From NCBI GenBank assembly GCA_041576165.1, contig JBFGLM010000046.1:1-35377 (forward strand): a DNA stretch of 35,377 nucleotides, given 5' to 3'. The position numbers and the translations under genes were made by a program. Below are positions 9,953-19,398 of the stretch, piece by piece. The notes below the pieces were generated by a model. That model searched no databases. It worked only from the letters and a program-made list of their open reading frames with translations, and was not told the DNA's origin. The first letter of the stretch is position 1. Every line of letters starts with the position of its first letter. The stretch is from Acidimicrobiia bacterium. Lineage in GTDB: Bacteria > Actinomycetota > Acidimicrobiia > Spongiisociales > Spongiisociaceae.

Positions 9953-10774
9953 ATGACGGCGCCCACCCGGGCAACTCGCACGAGCGGGATGAGGACCCAA
10001 TCCTGGGGGCCGGGCGCCTGGCCTGAGCGGTGGCAGCGCCGTGCGGCCGGGACGGCGTCAGTGGTGATGGCTCTCGTCGGCTGGGAAGCGTACGCCCGCT
10101 CGCTCGACTCGAACCTCTTCATCCCGACCCTCACCGCTGTGATCGGAGCGGTGATCGATCTCGCGCAGGACGGCGAGTTTTGGGAGGCATATCGTCAGAC
10201 CCTTGTGCCATTCGCATGGGGTCTCGCGGCCGCCCTCATCTCCGGCATCCCGTTCGGCTTGCTCATGGGCCGCAGCCGAGTGCTCACCGAGCTGAGCACA
10301 CCCTACGTGGCGTTCCTCAACGCGTTGCCCATCTCGACCCTGGTTCCGGTCGTGGTGATCACCTTTGGCATCGGTATGGTGGCGCGATCCGCAGTCGTCT
10401 TCCTTTTTGCGATTGTCGATATCGTTCTCACGACAGCCGCCGGAGTCAGGTACATCACCCCCGACCTCATGGAGATGTCACATTCATTCGGGGCCGGACG
10501 CTGGACGTTGATCCGGCGGGTCATCGTGCCTGGAGCCATGCCAGGGATCGTCGCTGCCTTACGCGTGGGCAGTGGCCGGGCGGTGGTCGGCATGGTGGTC
10601 ATGGAGCTCCTGTTGGTGGCGGTGGGCGTTGGCCGGCTCATCAGCAGGTATCGGGACGGGTTCCGGAGTCCGGAGCTGTACGCAGTGATCGTGTCTCTGG
10701 CGGTCTTCGGGTTGTTGGTAATGGCAGTCGTGCGCTGGATTGAGCGACGAGCGACGAGATGGCGGCAACAGTGA
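9953..10774 (+). CDS. ABC transporter permease, NitT/TauT family
   Basis: Multiple TM segments and an EAA-like loop (LMEMSHSFGAGR...VIVPGAMP). Start at ATG 9953 is uncertain (9989 possible). Confidence 0.9.
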   Translation: MTAPTRATRTSGMRTQSWGPGAWPERWQRRAAGTASVVMALVGWEAYARSLDSNLFIPTLTAVIGAVIDLAQDGEFWEAYRQTLVPFAWGLAAALISGIPFGLLMGRSRVLTELSTPYVAFLNALPISTLVPVVVITFGIGMVARSAVVFLFAIVDIVLTTAAGVRYITPDLMEMSHSFGAGRWTLIRRVIVPGAMPGIVAALRVGSGRAVVGMVVMELLLVAVGVGRLISRYRDGFRSPELYAVIVSLAVFGLLVMAVVRWIERRATRWRQQ

Positions 10775-10781
10775 GGTTTGC

Positions 10782-11570
10782 ATGATCGAACTCCAGGACA
10801 TCGGAATGACGTTCGAGCATGACGGGGTTCCGTTCGATGCGCTCGGAGGCGTGTCGTTCCAGGTTCAAGAGGGCGAGTTCGCGACGCTCATCGGCCCGTC
10901 TGGATGCGGAAAGACGACACTGCTCAAGATCGTCGCCGGGCTTCTCAGCCCCACCTCGGGTGAGGTGCTGGTTGGAGACAAACCCGTGCGGGGACCCGGG
11001 ACCGACCGTGCCGTGGTCTTCCAGAACTTCGTCCTGCTGCCGTGGGCAGACGTCATGACGAACGTGTCGTTTGGGTTGGAGGCGAGAGGGACCGCACGTC
11101 CCGAGCGGGAGCGGCGGGCCGCCGAAGAGCTCGCCCGCGTGGGACTGTCGGGCTTCGAACGGCACTACCCCCACCAGCTTTCGGGTGGGATGCAGCAGCG
11201 GGTGGGCATTGCGAGGGCGCTCGCGGTCGATCCGGCCATCCTGCTGCTCGACGAGCCCTTCGGGGCTCTCGATGCGCTCACCCGTCAGCTCATGCAAAAG
11301 GACTTGCTCGATCTGTGGCAGCACTCCGAGCCGCGCACCGCCATGTTCGTCACCCACAGCATGGACGAGGCAGTGTTTCTATCGGACCGCATCGTTCTCA
11401 TGAACACTCGTCCCGGACGGGTCGACTCCGTGATCGAGGTTCCGTTCGGGCGGCCGCGCACAGAGGACGTCGTGCGTACTCCGGAGTACCGAGAGGTCGT
11501 CAGCGACCTCTGGTCGCGGCTCGAGCAGATGCAACGTGCCGACATGGCAACCCGCGGGGAGGCTCCGTGA
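10782..11570 (+). CDS. ABC transporter ATP-binding protein, NitT/TauT family
   Basis: GPSGCGKT, LSGGMQQR, LLLDEPFGALD and VTH motifs. GAGGT RBS before ATG 10782. Confidence 0.95.
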   Translation: MIELQDIGMTFEHDGVPFDALGGVSFQVQEGEFATLIGPSGCGKTTLLKIVAGLLSPTSGEVLVGDKPVRGPGTDRAVVFQNFVLLPWADVMTNVSFGLEARGTARPERERRAAEELARVGLSGFERHYPHQLSGGMQQRVGIARALAVDPAILLLDEPFGALDALTRQLMQKDLLDLWQHSEPRTAMFVTHSMDEAVFLSDRIVLMNTRPGRVDSVIEVPFGRPRTEDVVRTPEYREVVSDLWSRLEQMQRADMATRGEAP

Positions 11571-12310
11571 CTTCCATAGCGAATCGGATCCCGCTCGCCG
11601 TAGTCAGCCTGATCGTGTTCGGCATCGGGTGGCAAGTGGCCGCAGGTGCCGATGTGTCGCCGGCGCTGCCAACGCTCGACGCCGTCGCTCGGTCGTTCTT
11701 CGAGATCCTGGGTGAGACTCGATTCCGCGAGGCGGTCGTCAACACGGCAATCGCAGTCGCGATCGGCCTGCCGCTGACGCTGATCTTCGGACTGGTGGTC
11801 GGTGTGCTGATGGGCCTGTCACGCTGGGTCGAATGGGCCGTCGACCCCTTCCTCAGCCTTGGGTTATCCCTACCACTCGTGAGCGTCATTCCCCTCATCC
11901 TGTTCATCTTCGGCCTTGGGCGGGTCGCCATTGTGGCCGTGATCATCATCTACGCCTTTCCGGTGATGGTGCTCAACACCTTCACAGGGGTACGAAACGT
12001 CGACCCCGACCTTCTGATGATGAGCCGCTCCTATATGGCGAGCCGGGCGTTGACCATCCAGCGAGTCGTCATCCCGGGAGCCCTGGGGCTGGTGCTGGCC
12101 GGCGTGCGACTCGCAGCCGGTCGCGCGTTGAAGGCGGCAATAATCGCGGAGCAGATCGTCGGGCTGGTGGGACTCGGTGGACTCATTCAGCGTCTCGGCA
12201 ACGCTTTCGCAGTGGCCGATCTCTACGCCGTGATCCTCTTTGTCGGACTGACGGGTGTCCTCATGCTTGCGCTGCTGGGACGGCTCGAACGAGCCCACAC
12301 ATACCGCTGA
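11567..12310 (+). CDS. ABC transporter permease, NitT/TauT family (second permease)
   Basis: TM-rich, with GVRNVDPDLLMMSRSY...VVIPGAL. GTGA overlap with the ATPase stop. Confidence 0.9.
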   Translation: MTSIANRIPLAVVSLIVFGIGWQVAAGADVSPALPTLDAVARSFFEILGETRFREAVVNTAIAVAIGLPLTLIFGLVVGVLMGLSRWVEWAVDPFLSLGLSLPLVSVIPLILFIFGLGRVAIVAVIIIYAFPVMVLNTFTGVRNVDPDLLMMSRSYMASRALTIQRVVIPGALGLVLAGVRLAAGRALKAAIIAEQIVGLVGLGGLIQRLGNAFAVADLYAVILFVGLTGVLMLALLGRLERAHTYR

Positions 12311-12363
12311 AGCCAGCCGCCGGAAATGGCAGAATCCCAAGCCACTTCATAGGGAGGAGCAAC

Positions 12364-13359
12364 GTGCAGACCCTGCCAGTCATCGACCTTCATGTGCACT
12401 ACTACACGGACACGTTCGTGCAAGCCGTGCGGCAAGCCGACTCGATTGAGACCTATCGGCGGGATGACGGCCGGCTCGTCGCTCTTTGGCGCGGCGGTGT
12501 GGCCCTCGGAGTTCCCCAACCTCACCCCGGCGTTGCCCAGCGGATCGAGATGATGGACGAGATCGGTCTCCAGACCCAAGTTCTGTCCGTGCCCTCGCCC
12601 AATGCATATTTCCTGGCGGGGCCGCAGGCCGACGCGCTGTCCCGCAGCGTGAACGAGGAGTTCGCCGACATCTCGCGTGTGCACCCCGAGCGATTCCGGG
12701 CGCTGGCGATGATCGTCATGCAGGACACCGATCTGGCGCTATCTGGTCTCGCCCACGCGCTCGATGAGCTGGGAATGGACGGCGTGATGTTGCTCAGCAA
12801 CATCGACGGCGTCCCGCTCGACGACCCGCGGTTCGAGCCGTTCTGGGAGGCCGCAAACGAGCGCTCGCTGCTGGTCTACGTCCATCCAACTGTGCCCAAC
12901 GCTCTTCACCATGACTCTTATGCCTTGGCGATCGCGGTCGGATTCTTCGCCGACACCAACCTGACTATCTCCCGGCTTGCGTACGGTGGCATCTTCGAGC
13001 GGTACCGCAATATTCGCTGGGTGTTCTCCCATCTAGGAGGCACTCTCCCATTCATGCTGCCCCGACTCGACAGCTACTGGCGCCAGTTCCCAAACTGCCG
13101 GGAGCATTGCCCCCGACCCCCATCGGAATACATCAAAGAGCTGGTGTTCGACACGGCTTCGAAACACGGTCCGGCACTGCGCTGTGCCGTCGACACGCTG
13201 GGCCTCGAGCGCCTCGTGTTCGGAAGCGACTTCCCCCACGTGCCCGGCGGCACTCAGCCCTATTTGGAAGCACTCGGCGCAATCGAGATGAACCCGGAAC
13301 AAGAAGAACGCCTTCTCGTCGGCAACGCGCAGACTCTCCTGAACGGATCCCGATTCTGA
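12364..13359 (+). CDS. Amidohydrolase-2 family protein (ACMSD-like)
   Basis: IDLHVH, YVHP, HLGG and FGSDFPH. GGAGGAG RBS before GTG 12364. Confidence 0.92.
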   Translation: MQTLPVIDLHVHYYTDTFVQAVRQADSIETYRRDDGRLVALWRGGVALGVPQPHPGVAQRIEMMDEIGLQTQVLSVPSPNAYFLAGPQADALSRSVNEEFADISRVHPERFRALAMIVMQDTDLALSGLAHALDELGMDGVMLLSNIDGVPLDDPRFEPFWEAANERSLLVYVHPTVPNALHHDSYALAIAVGFFADTNLTISRLAYGGIFERYRNIRWVFSHLGGTLPFMLPRLDSYWRQFPNCREHCPRPPSEYIKELVFDTASKHGPALRCAVDTLGLERLVFGSDFPHVPGGTQPYLEALGAIEMNPEQEERLLVGNAQTLLNGSRF

Positions 13360-13405
13360 GTGCAATAGCCTTTCGGCAGGGTGTGGAGCGGGCAGAGTTC
13401 AAGCC

Positions 13406-13454
13406 CGGATGGACCGTTTCCGTCCGCGCAGGCGCCTGCCCGATTCGGGCGGGC
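13406..13454. terminator. Two GC-rich hairpins between convergent genes, possible terminator
   Basis: CGGATGGA-5nt-TCCGTCCG (13406-13426) and GCCTGCCCG-3nt-CGGGCGGGC (13434-13454). No U-tract. Confidence 0.4.
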
Positions 13455-14405
13455 TCAGCCGAGCGCCGGAAGCACGTCCGTGATGAAGCGCTCCACCTGG
13501 TTGATCTGGTCGTCGCCGGCGAAGCGGACGCACACGTCGGTAACGCCGGCAGCGGCATACCGCCCGAGTAACTCGACCACCACTTCGGCGCCACCGAGGC
13601 CCATCAGCCCTCCATGGTCTTCGGCCGGCCGGCCGTAGTAGTTCGTCAGGAACTCCTGGGTGACCGATTCGGCGGCGGCAGTATCGTCGTCGATTCGCAC
13701 CGTCGTGTAGACGCAAATCGGAAACCCGGGCAGGACCCGGTTGTGTCGATCGAGCGCCTCCTCGCCCAACCGCCGCAGAGTGCGGCACTGCTCGTCGTCT
13801 AGATAGGTGGTTATGATCCCGTCGCCAAGCCGGCCAAACCGGTCGATCTGGGCGGTTCGAAACACGCCCCCTTTGCCGGCCGGCATGAGGATGGGCGGCC
13901 CGGCGGCGTCCCAGGGCAGGGGCGCGATCGTATGGTCGCGCAATTCGAACCCATTCCCGTTGTAGGCAACCGGATCGCCGCTCCACAGCTTCCGCCAGAC
14001 GACGACGTGTTCCTCCAGGTCCGCCACTCGGGCACCGAAGTCGCGCCCGCAAGCCCGCCATTCCGCCTCGATGGCGGGAAGCTCCCAGCCAACGCCGAGG
14101 CCGAGCACCAGCCGGCCGGATGAGATCTGATCGATGTTCGCTAGTTCGTTTGCGAGCACGGTTGGCTGGCGTAGTGCCGGGAGAAGCACTGCGGTTCCAA
14201 GCCGAGCACGCTGTGTGATTGCGGCCAAGTAGGCGAGTGTCGTCAACAGGTCCATGCGGGGCTTGGCTACCACGCTGTCCCCAAGCCACAGGTCCATCCC
14301 GGCGTCATCTGCCATCCGGGCGATCGACCAGCACTCCTCAACGTTGGGGCGGCGGCGCGATTGCATGACAACGCCGCGATGGGGTAGCAGTACGCCTATT
14401 CGCAT
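13455..14405 (-). CDS. LLM-class (luciferase-like) flavin/F420-dependent oxidoreductase
   Basis: MRIGVLLP, LAYLAAITQRARLGTAVL and IDQISSGRLVLGLGVGW. ATG 14405 with GAGG upstream. Confidence 0.92.
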   Translation of the reverse strand: MRIGVLLPHRGVVMQSRRRPNVEECWSIARMADDAGMDLWLGDSVVAKPRMDLLTTLAYLAAITQRARLGTAVLLPALRQPTVLANELANIDQISSGRLVLGLGVGWELPAIEAEWRACGRDFGARVADLEEHVVVWRKLWSGDPVAYNGNGFELRDHTIAPLPWDAAGPPILMPAGKGGVFRTAQIDRFGRLGDGIITTYLDDEQCRTLRRLGEEALDRHNRVLPGFPICVYTTVRIDDDTAAAESVTQEFLTNYYGRPAEDHGGLMGLGGAEVVVELLGRYAAAGVTDVCVRFAGDDQINQVERFITDVLPALG

Positions 14406-14639
14406 TCGGGCCTCGCAGAGACGGACACGCACCCATCATGGCATCTGCTTCACTCTCCCCACCCACATAAGTATTCCGTGCTGTCGAAGATGCCGAAGGG
14501 TGCGGGAGCACCTGTAGCCGCATCCGCCTGGACATCAATACTGCAGGGCGGCGTCGACACTATCGCCGTGCCAGGGTCTAGCAGACAAGCCCGCGGCGGC
14601 ACCGGAGGTAGTCTCGGCCCGTCCCCAAGGAGGTCGCGT

Positions 14640-15617
14640 GTGATCATCGACGTGCATGCTCACTATGTGCCGCGTGCGCTCGCCCTTCGTCTCCTCGAGC
14701 GACCCCTCGCGGGCGTGTCCGTGGTTCAGGAGGGCGCCAACCAATTCCGGTTCGTGATCGGTGGCGAGGCACCAACTCGGCTTCTTCCCGCCAAGCTCAT
14801 CGACCTGGAGCAACGAGTGGTGTGGATGGCTGACCGCGGCATCGACATCCAGGTCTTGACCACTTGGGCCGACATCTTCGGGTACGGGCTCGAGCCCGAG
14901 CATGCGACGTTGTGGAGCGACCTCCTCAACGCAACCTTGATGGAGTCGATCACAGACTGGCCGCAGTTTGCCGCCCTGGCCTCGCTGCCGATGCAGGAGC
15001 CCGATGCGGCCGCGGCAGTGATGAGCCGCGCTTTGAACGATGGTTTTCACGGTGTCACGATCGGCACCCGGATCGCGGGCGTGGAACTCGACGACCCGCG
15101 GCTGCAGCCCTTCTGGGAGGCTGCCTCATCGCTCGGAGCCGTCGTCTTTGTCCACCCCAGTTATGGAGTGGGCGACCCACGTATGGGAGACTACGGCCTC
15201 ATCAACGCGGTCGGTCGCGGCCTCGATACGACGGTCACCGCTGCCCGCCTCCTGTGCGCAGGCATTCCAACGCGCTTTGCCGGGGCTCGGATCCTGCTCG
15301 CCCACGGGGGCGGCACGCTTCCGTACCTGATGGGTCGGCTCAGGCGTAACTACGAACTCGACACGTCGCTCGGCGATCCGGAGGAGGGGTTCTCGCGACT
15401 TCTCTTCGACAGCGTCGTCTTCGACCCGGTGGCTCTGAGTTACTTATGCGAGCTCGCGGCCCGGGGCTCGATCCTCCTGGGCTCCGACTACCCATTCCCC
15501 ATCGGAGACCCGCATCCGTTGCGTGTCGTCGATGAGGCCAACCTGGCCACCCGCACCCGCGATTCGATCCTGGGCGTTGCCGCGGTCAGAACGCTCGGCC
15601 TCGGCACGTCGGCCTAG
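14640..15617 (+). CDS. Amidohydrolase-2 family protein (ACMSD-like)
   Basis: IDVHAH, FVHP, HGGG and LGSDYPF. AAGGAGG RBS before GTG 14640. Confidence 0.92.
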   Translation: MIIDVHAHYVPRALALRLLERPLAGVSVVQEGANQFRFVIGGEAPTRLLPAKLIDLEQRVVWMADRGIDIQVLTTWADIFGYGLEPEHATLWSDLLNATLMESITDWPQFAALASLPMQEPDAAAAVMSRALNDGFHGVTIGTRIAGVELDDPRLQPFWEAASSLGAVVFVHPSYGVGDPRMGDYGLINAVGRGLDTTVTAARLLCAGIPTRFAGARILLAHGGGTLPYLMGRLRRNYELDTSLGDPEEGFSRLLFDSVVFDPVALSYLCELAARGSILLGSDYPFPIGDPHPLRVVDEANLATRTRDSILGVAAVRTLGLGTSA

Positions 15618-15879
15618 TCGATCCGGAGTTTGCTTTCGGAGAACCAGCGCCATGGGCGAGGTTGTGGCCCGGACAAACGACGTTGTCGCACTTATGATCG
15701 GACCGAGCGCTCCGAGTTCGACGCCGCCGGCAAGCTCATGGACGTCGGCGGAACGTCTCCGGCTGTTGACACCCCCAAGGCTCCGTTTCAGCGTGCCGGT
15801 GACCACCACCGGAGCCATCTCCACCTCGCCGTCGACAAAGACTTCTTGCACTTCATGGCGGAGATCCGGATTGGTGCGA

Positions 15880-15966
15880 GCGGTCAACATCGTCGCTGCC
15901 GACATCCTCGCGAGTATCGGCGTCATCCATGTGATCGACGACCTGCTGCTGCTCTTCGCTCCCTGA
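15880..15966 (+). pseudogene. Fasciclin (FAS1) domain C-terminal remnant
   Basis: VNIVAADILASIGVIHVIDDLLL matches the FAS1 H2 motif (ADIxAxNGVIHVIDxVL). No recognisable upstream part of the domain. Confidence 0.65.
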
Positions 15967-16130
15967 ACGTCGTCCAATCAAGCACATTCGACCACAAGCG
16001 GAGCGCCCCGGACCCTGCTCGGTGCGTTCTGGTCGCGCTGGTGACGGGCGTTTTCGAAACTCCCGGGATCAGAGCGACCGACCCCCGCCCGCAGCGCCTC
16101 CTCAACGCCACCCAAGCTGGCGCCAGCGAC

Positions 16131-16547
16131 TCAAGCGCCGTCGAGTGATTCCAGCCAGCCGCCAAACCCCTCCGGGACCGTGGGTCCGCGCGACTTGAAC
16201 TCCGCAGTGACATCGGCCCCTCTCGCCGTCAATGCGGCCGCCATCTTCCCCAGCATCTTGCCCGGCGAGGTCTTATAGGTGCAGAAGACCGCGGCGGGCT
16301 GCCCGTTGAGGGATAGCAGCTCGATGAAGTCCATCGTTGCCTTGGTCGCGTGCTGAAGAATGAAGTACAACCCTTCGGTCCAGCTCCCGATGCAGACAAC
16401 GTCCGCCGCGGCCACTTCAACGGGGTCCGCGGCCTGAACGGGTGAAAGTACACAGCTGTGACCGGTGCTACGGGCTATTTCGGCCATCTGCTCGGCCATG
16501 GCCTTGGTCGTCCCGGTTCTGCTGTCGTACACGATCGCCAGTTGCAC
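16131..16547 (-). CDS. Flavodoxin-family protein
   Basis: FMN-phosphate loop IVYDSRTGTTKAMAE, IGSWT and AAVFCTY. GGGGAGG RBS before GTG 16547. Confidence 0.88.
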   Translation of the reverse strand: MQLAIVYDSRTGTTKAMAEQMAEIARSTGHSCVLSPVQAADPVEVAAADVVCIGSWTEGLYFILQHATKATMDFIELLSLNGQPAAVFCTYKTSPGKMLGKMAAALTARGADVTAEFKSRGPTVPEGFGGWLESLDGA

Positions 16548-17009
16548 GGACCCTCCCCGCTCTAGTTGGTCACATTCAACCTCCGGACCCGACCTCCGCC
16601 ACAGGGCCGAAGGCCACAATGCGCGACGTGACGCCAGGATGTCGAGCACGGTAGGGGCCACGCGGCCCTGCGAGCGACATGCGCGGGCCGCACGGCGGCC
16701 ACCGCGTTCGCTTCCCCACCCACCGACACGACCCGCATGCAGCGTCAGTGGGGAGCGAGCCCGGCAGAGCCCCGGAAAAGCTCGGTGCGTTCATCTCGGT
16801 GACCTGACTATCTCAGTAAGCTGACGCCGACCAGGACCGCGGGCACTGCATCCGGTCGATCTCGGGCCCTTTCCGCAACGGGCAGAGAGGTCGCACTCAC
16901 AATCTGCCGGCATGTCGGGAATGCCGTGCTCGAGACGTTTCGAAGTCGTTCGCCGGGTAGGCCGGGCAGGTAATCCCGCACCAGAAGTTGTCGAAGTACC
17001 TCTTCACCC

Positions 17010-17276
17010 GGCAATCCGGCCGCCGGCCTGTCGGCGGGCAACGTGCGAGCGTTGGCCGATCTGATGCCAGCGATCGCCGACGAACGGCGACCGATTGCTG
17101 ACGTCTGCGAGACGCTCTTTGGGCGGCTCGAGGAGCTCGACGTGGACTCGAAGGATCCCACGTAGATCATGAGTCTCGATCTGGCGGACGTGGAGGCAGC
17201 CGCCGAGGCACTCGACGGTGAGCTGGCGGAGGCCAATCAGCACGTCCAAGCCTTTCTTGAGCGGGAATGCTCGTGA
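17010..17276 (+). pseudogene. Remnant of an acidic helical protein with an in-frame TAG at 17163-17165
   Basis: The frame reads GNPAAGLSAGNVRALADLMPAIADERRPIADVCETLFGRLEELDVDSKDPT*IMSLDLADVEAAAEALDGELAEANQHVQAFLERECS* with coding-like codons on both sides of the stop. No convincing start. Confidence 0.45.
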
Positions 17277-17510
17277 CCGGGTGAACAGGTTCCGTTCGGC
17301 GTCCCAGCGGGCCACTCGCCGGTGGTCACACTGGCGAGAAGCCCCCATCGCGCTGACCGCACTGGGCCCGACCGCCGCTGGCCGGAGCGCTGGCGGCGGC
17401 CGTCAGGACGGGTCGGGCTCTCGCTGAGGCTGCTCTCAAGCCAGCTGTCCGGCGATGTGACCGGCCCTGTGGCGCACATAGCCGCACGGCCGACATCGCA
17501 GCGTCCCGGT

Positions 17511-17519
17511 TGCTAGGTT
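17511..17519 (+). promoter_or_regulatory. Possible extended -10 promoter element for the BCCT operon
   Basis: TGC-TAGGTT (TGn-TAnnnT) about 85 bp upstream of the ATG; CCGACA lies 18 bp before the hexamer. Confidence 0.35.
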
Positions 17520-17604
17520 GCACCGGGCCACAAGCGAAAGTGGTGTCCTCGGGAGGGGCTGAAGCCACTGTCCTCGTGGTGGAGCGAGAGGGAGGCTTGC
17601 GACA

Positions 17605-19398
17605 ATGGCCGACGAGGACTTCACGGAGGTAAGCGAGGCATACGAGGACTGGGAGGAAGAAGAGCGGCGGCGCCGTCGGGAGGCGATCTACAACCGCAAG
17701 CCGTTTGATGGCCTTCAGGTCGATCCAGAGATCGACTTCTACCCCGAGGTGGCAGACCGAGAACCCGGCGACACCAACATCGTCAAGTGGGGCTTCGACA
17801 TCCATCCCCAGGTGACGTTCTGGTCGGCGGGAATCCTGGTGGCTTTCATCGCGCTCACGCTGCTCTTCCAGGACACGGCATCAGACGTCTTCGGTGAAGT
17901 CCTCAGCTTCATCGGGAACAGCTTCGGGTGGCTCTACATCCTGGCGGCGAACGTGTTCGTGGTCGTGGGATTCTTCTTTGCCTTCAGCCGGTACGGCAAG
18001 ATCCGCATGGGCGGTCCCGAAGCCAAACCCGAGTTCTCGACGGCGGCCTGGTACGCCATGCTCATCAGCGCCGGCATGGGGATTGGCCTCATGTTCTGGT
18101 CGGTGGCCGAGCCCATCTTCCACCTGGCCGGTCCGCCGCCGTTGTTCGGCGTGGACCCGGTGACCGGCGAGGCAGGGAAGGCGGCGCTGGCGGTCACGTT
18201 CTTCCACTGGGGCCTGCACCCGTGGGGGATCTACGCGCTGGTCAGCCTGGCCCTCGCTTTCTTTGCGTACAACCGCGGACTGCCGCTCACCTTCCGCTCC
18301 GTCTTCTATCCGATCCTCGGCGAGAGGATCTACGGCACATGGGGAAACATCATCGACGTGCTCACCGTGCTTGCGACCCTCTTCGGCCTGGCCACCTCCC
18401 TCGGCCTCGGGGTCGGTCAGGCGGCGGCCGGGCTGAACTTCCTGTTCGGCACACCGACGGGGACCGGATTCCAGGTGCTTCTCATCGCCATCATCACGGG
18501 AGCGGCAACGATGTCCGTGGTTGCCGGACTCGACGCAGGCGTGAAGCGGCTGAGCCAGATCAACATCAACCTGGCGCTCATATTCATGGTCTTCATCATC
18601 GTCGTGGGACCGACCCTGTTCATCGTGTCCGTGTTCACCCAGAGCCTCGGTGAATACATCTCCGTCCTGCCGCAGCTGTCCTTCTGGAGCGAGGCGTTCA
18701 GCGACACGACATGGCAGCAGGGCTGGACCATCTTCTATTGGGGATGGTGGATCTCCTGGTCGCCGTTCGTCGGGATGTTCATCGCCAGGATCTCGAAAGG
18801 GCGATCGGTGCGGGAACTGGTCCTCGGAGTAATGGCGTTCCCCACCCTTCTCTCAGCACTGTGGATGTCGGTGTTCGGCGGCACCGCTATCAACCTGCAA
18901 CTCGAAGGCACCCGCGACGTCGCCACTGCGGTGAATGAGAACGTGGCCACTGCGCTGTTCGACATGCTCCAGGCGTTCCCGCTCACGCAGCTCACCTCGC
19001 TGCTGGGGATCATCCTCGTCGTGTCGTTCTTCGTGACCTCGTCGGACTCGGGATCGCTGGTCGTCGACCACCTTACGTCGGGAGGCAAGCTCGACTCGCC
19101 CAAGCCGCAGCGCGTCTTCTGGGCAGTCATGGAGGGAGTCGTCGCCGGGGTATTGCTCATCGGAGGTGGACTCAGCGCGCTCCAGACCGCAGCCATCACC
19201 ACCGGGCTTCCCTTCGCTGTCGTCCTGCTGATCATGTGTGGCAGCCTGTATGTCGCTTTCCACGAGGAGCTCGACCTCCTCGAGAGCCACTACGACGCAG
19301 CATTGTTCAGATCCCGGCACGGCGCCTTGCTGGCCCACCACGGCCTCGGCGACGACGGCAAACCGCTCGGCGAACAACCCACCCCCCCAGAGGAATGA
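17605..19398 (+). CDS. BCCT-family (betaine/choline/carnitine) secondary transporter
   Basis: SAGMGIGLMFWSVAEP, FFHWGLHPWGIY, GWTIFYWGWWISWSPFVGMFIARISKGR and FFVTSSDSGSLV; about 12 TM segments; GGGAGG RBS. Confidence 0.97.
   Translation: MADEDFTEVSEAYEDWEEEERRRRREAIYNRKPFDGLQVDPEIDFYPEVADREPGDTNIVKWGFDIHPQVTFWSAGILVAFIALTLLFQDTASDVFGEVLSFIGNSFGWLYILAANVFVVVGFFFAFSRYGKIRMGGPEAKPEFSTAAWYAMLISAGMGIGLMFWSVAEPIFHLAGPPPLFGVDPVTGEAGKAALAVTFFHWGLHPWGIYALVSLALAFFAYNRGLPLTFRSVFYPILGERIYGTWGNIIDVLTVLATLFGLATSLGLGVGQAAAGLNFLFGTPTGTGFQVLLIAIITGAATMSVVAGLDAGVKRLSQININLALIFMVFIIVVGPTLFIVSVFTQSLGEYISVLPQLSFWSEAFSDTTWQQGWTIFYWGWWISWSPFVGMFIARISKGRSVRELVLGVMAFPTLLSALWMSVFGGTAINLQLEGTRDVATAVNENVATALFDMLQAFPLTQLTSLLGIILVVSFFVTSSDSGSLVVDHLTSGGKLDSPKPQRVFWAVMEGVVAGVLLIGGGLSALQTAAITTGLPFAVVLLIMCGSLYVAFHEELDLLESHYDAALFRSRHGALLAHHGLGDDGKPLGEQPTPPEE

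Noticed and set aside
11042-12363. Long N-terminal extensions on the 422-aa and 508-aa ORFs, suggesting fusions
   Set aside because: The extensions are off-frame read-through of upstream genes. Real starts at 11567 and 12364 have an overlap or RBS.
15630-16148. 172-aa plus ORF and overlapping 177-aa minus ORF
   Set aside because: No RBS or recognisable family, and the coding strand could not be decided.
17420-17604. Possible c-di-AMP or other riboswitch ahead of the BCCT gene
   Set aside because: Only short hairpins; I could not find the conserved ydaO motifs by eye. An Rfam scan would settle it.
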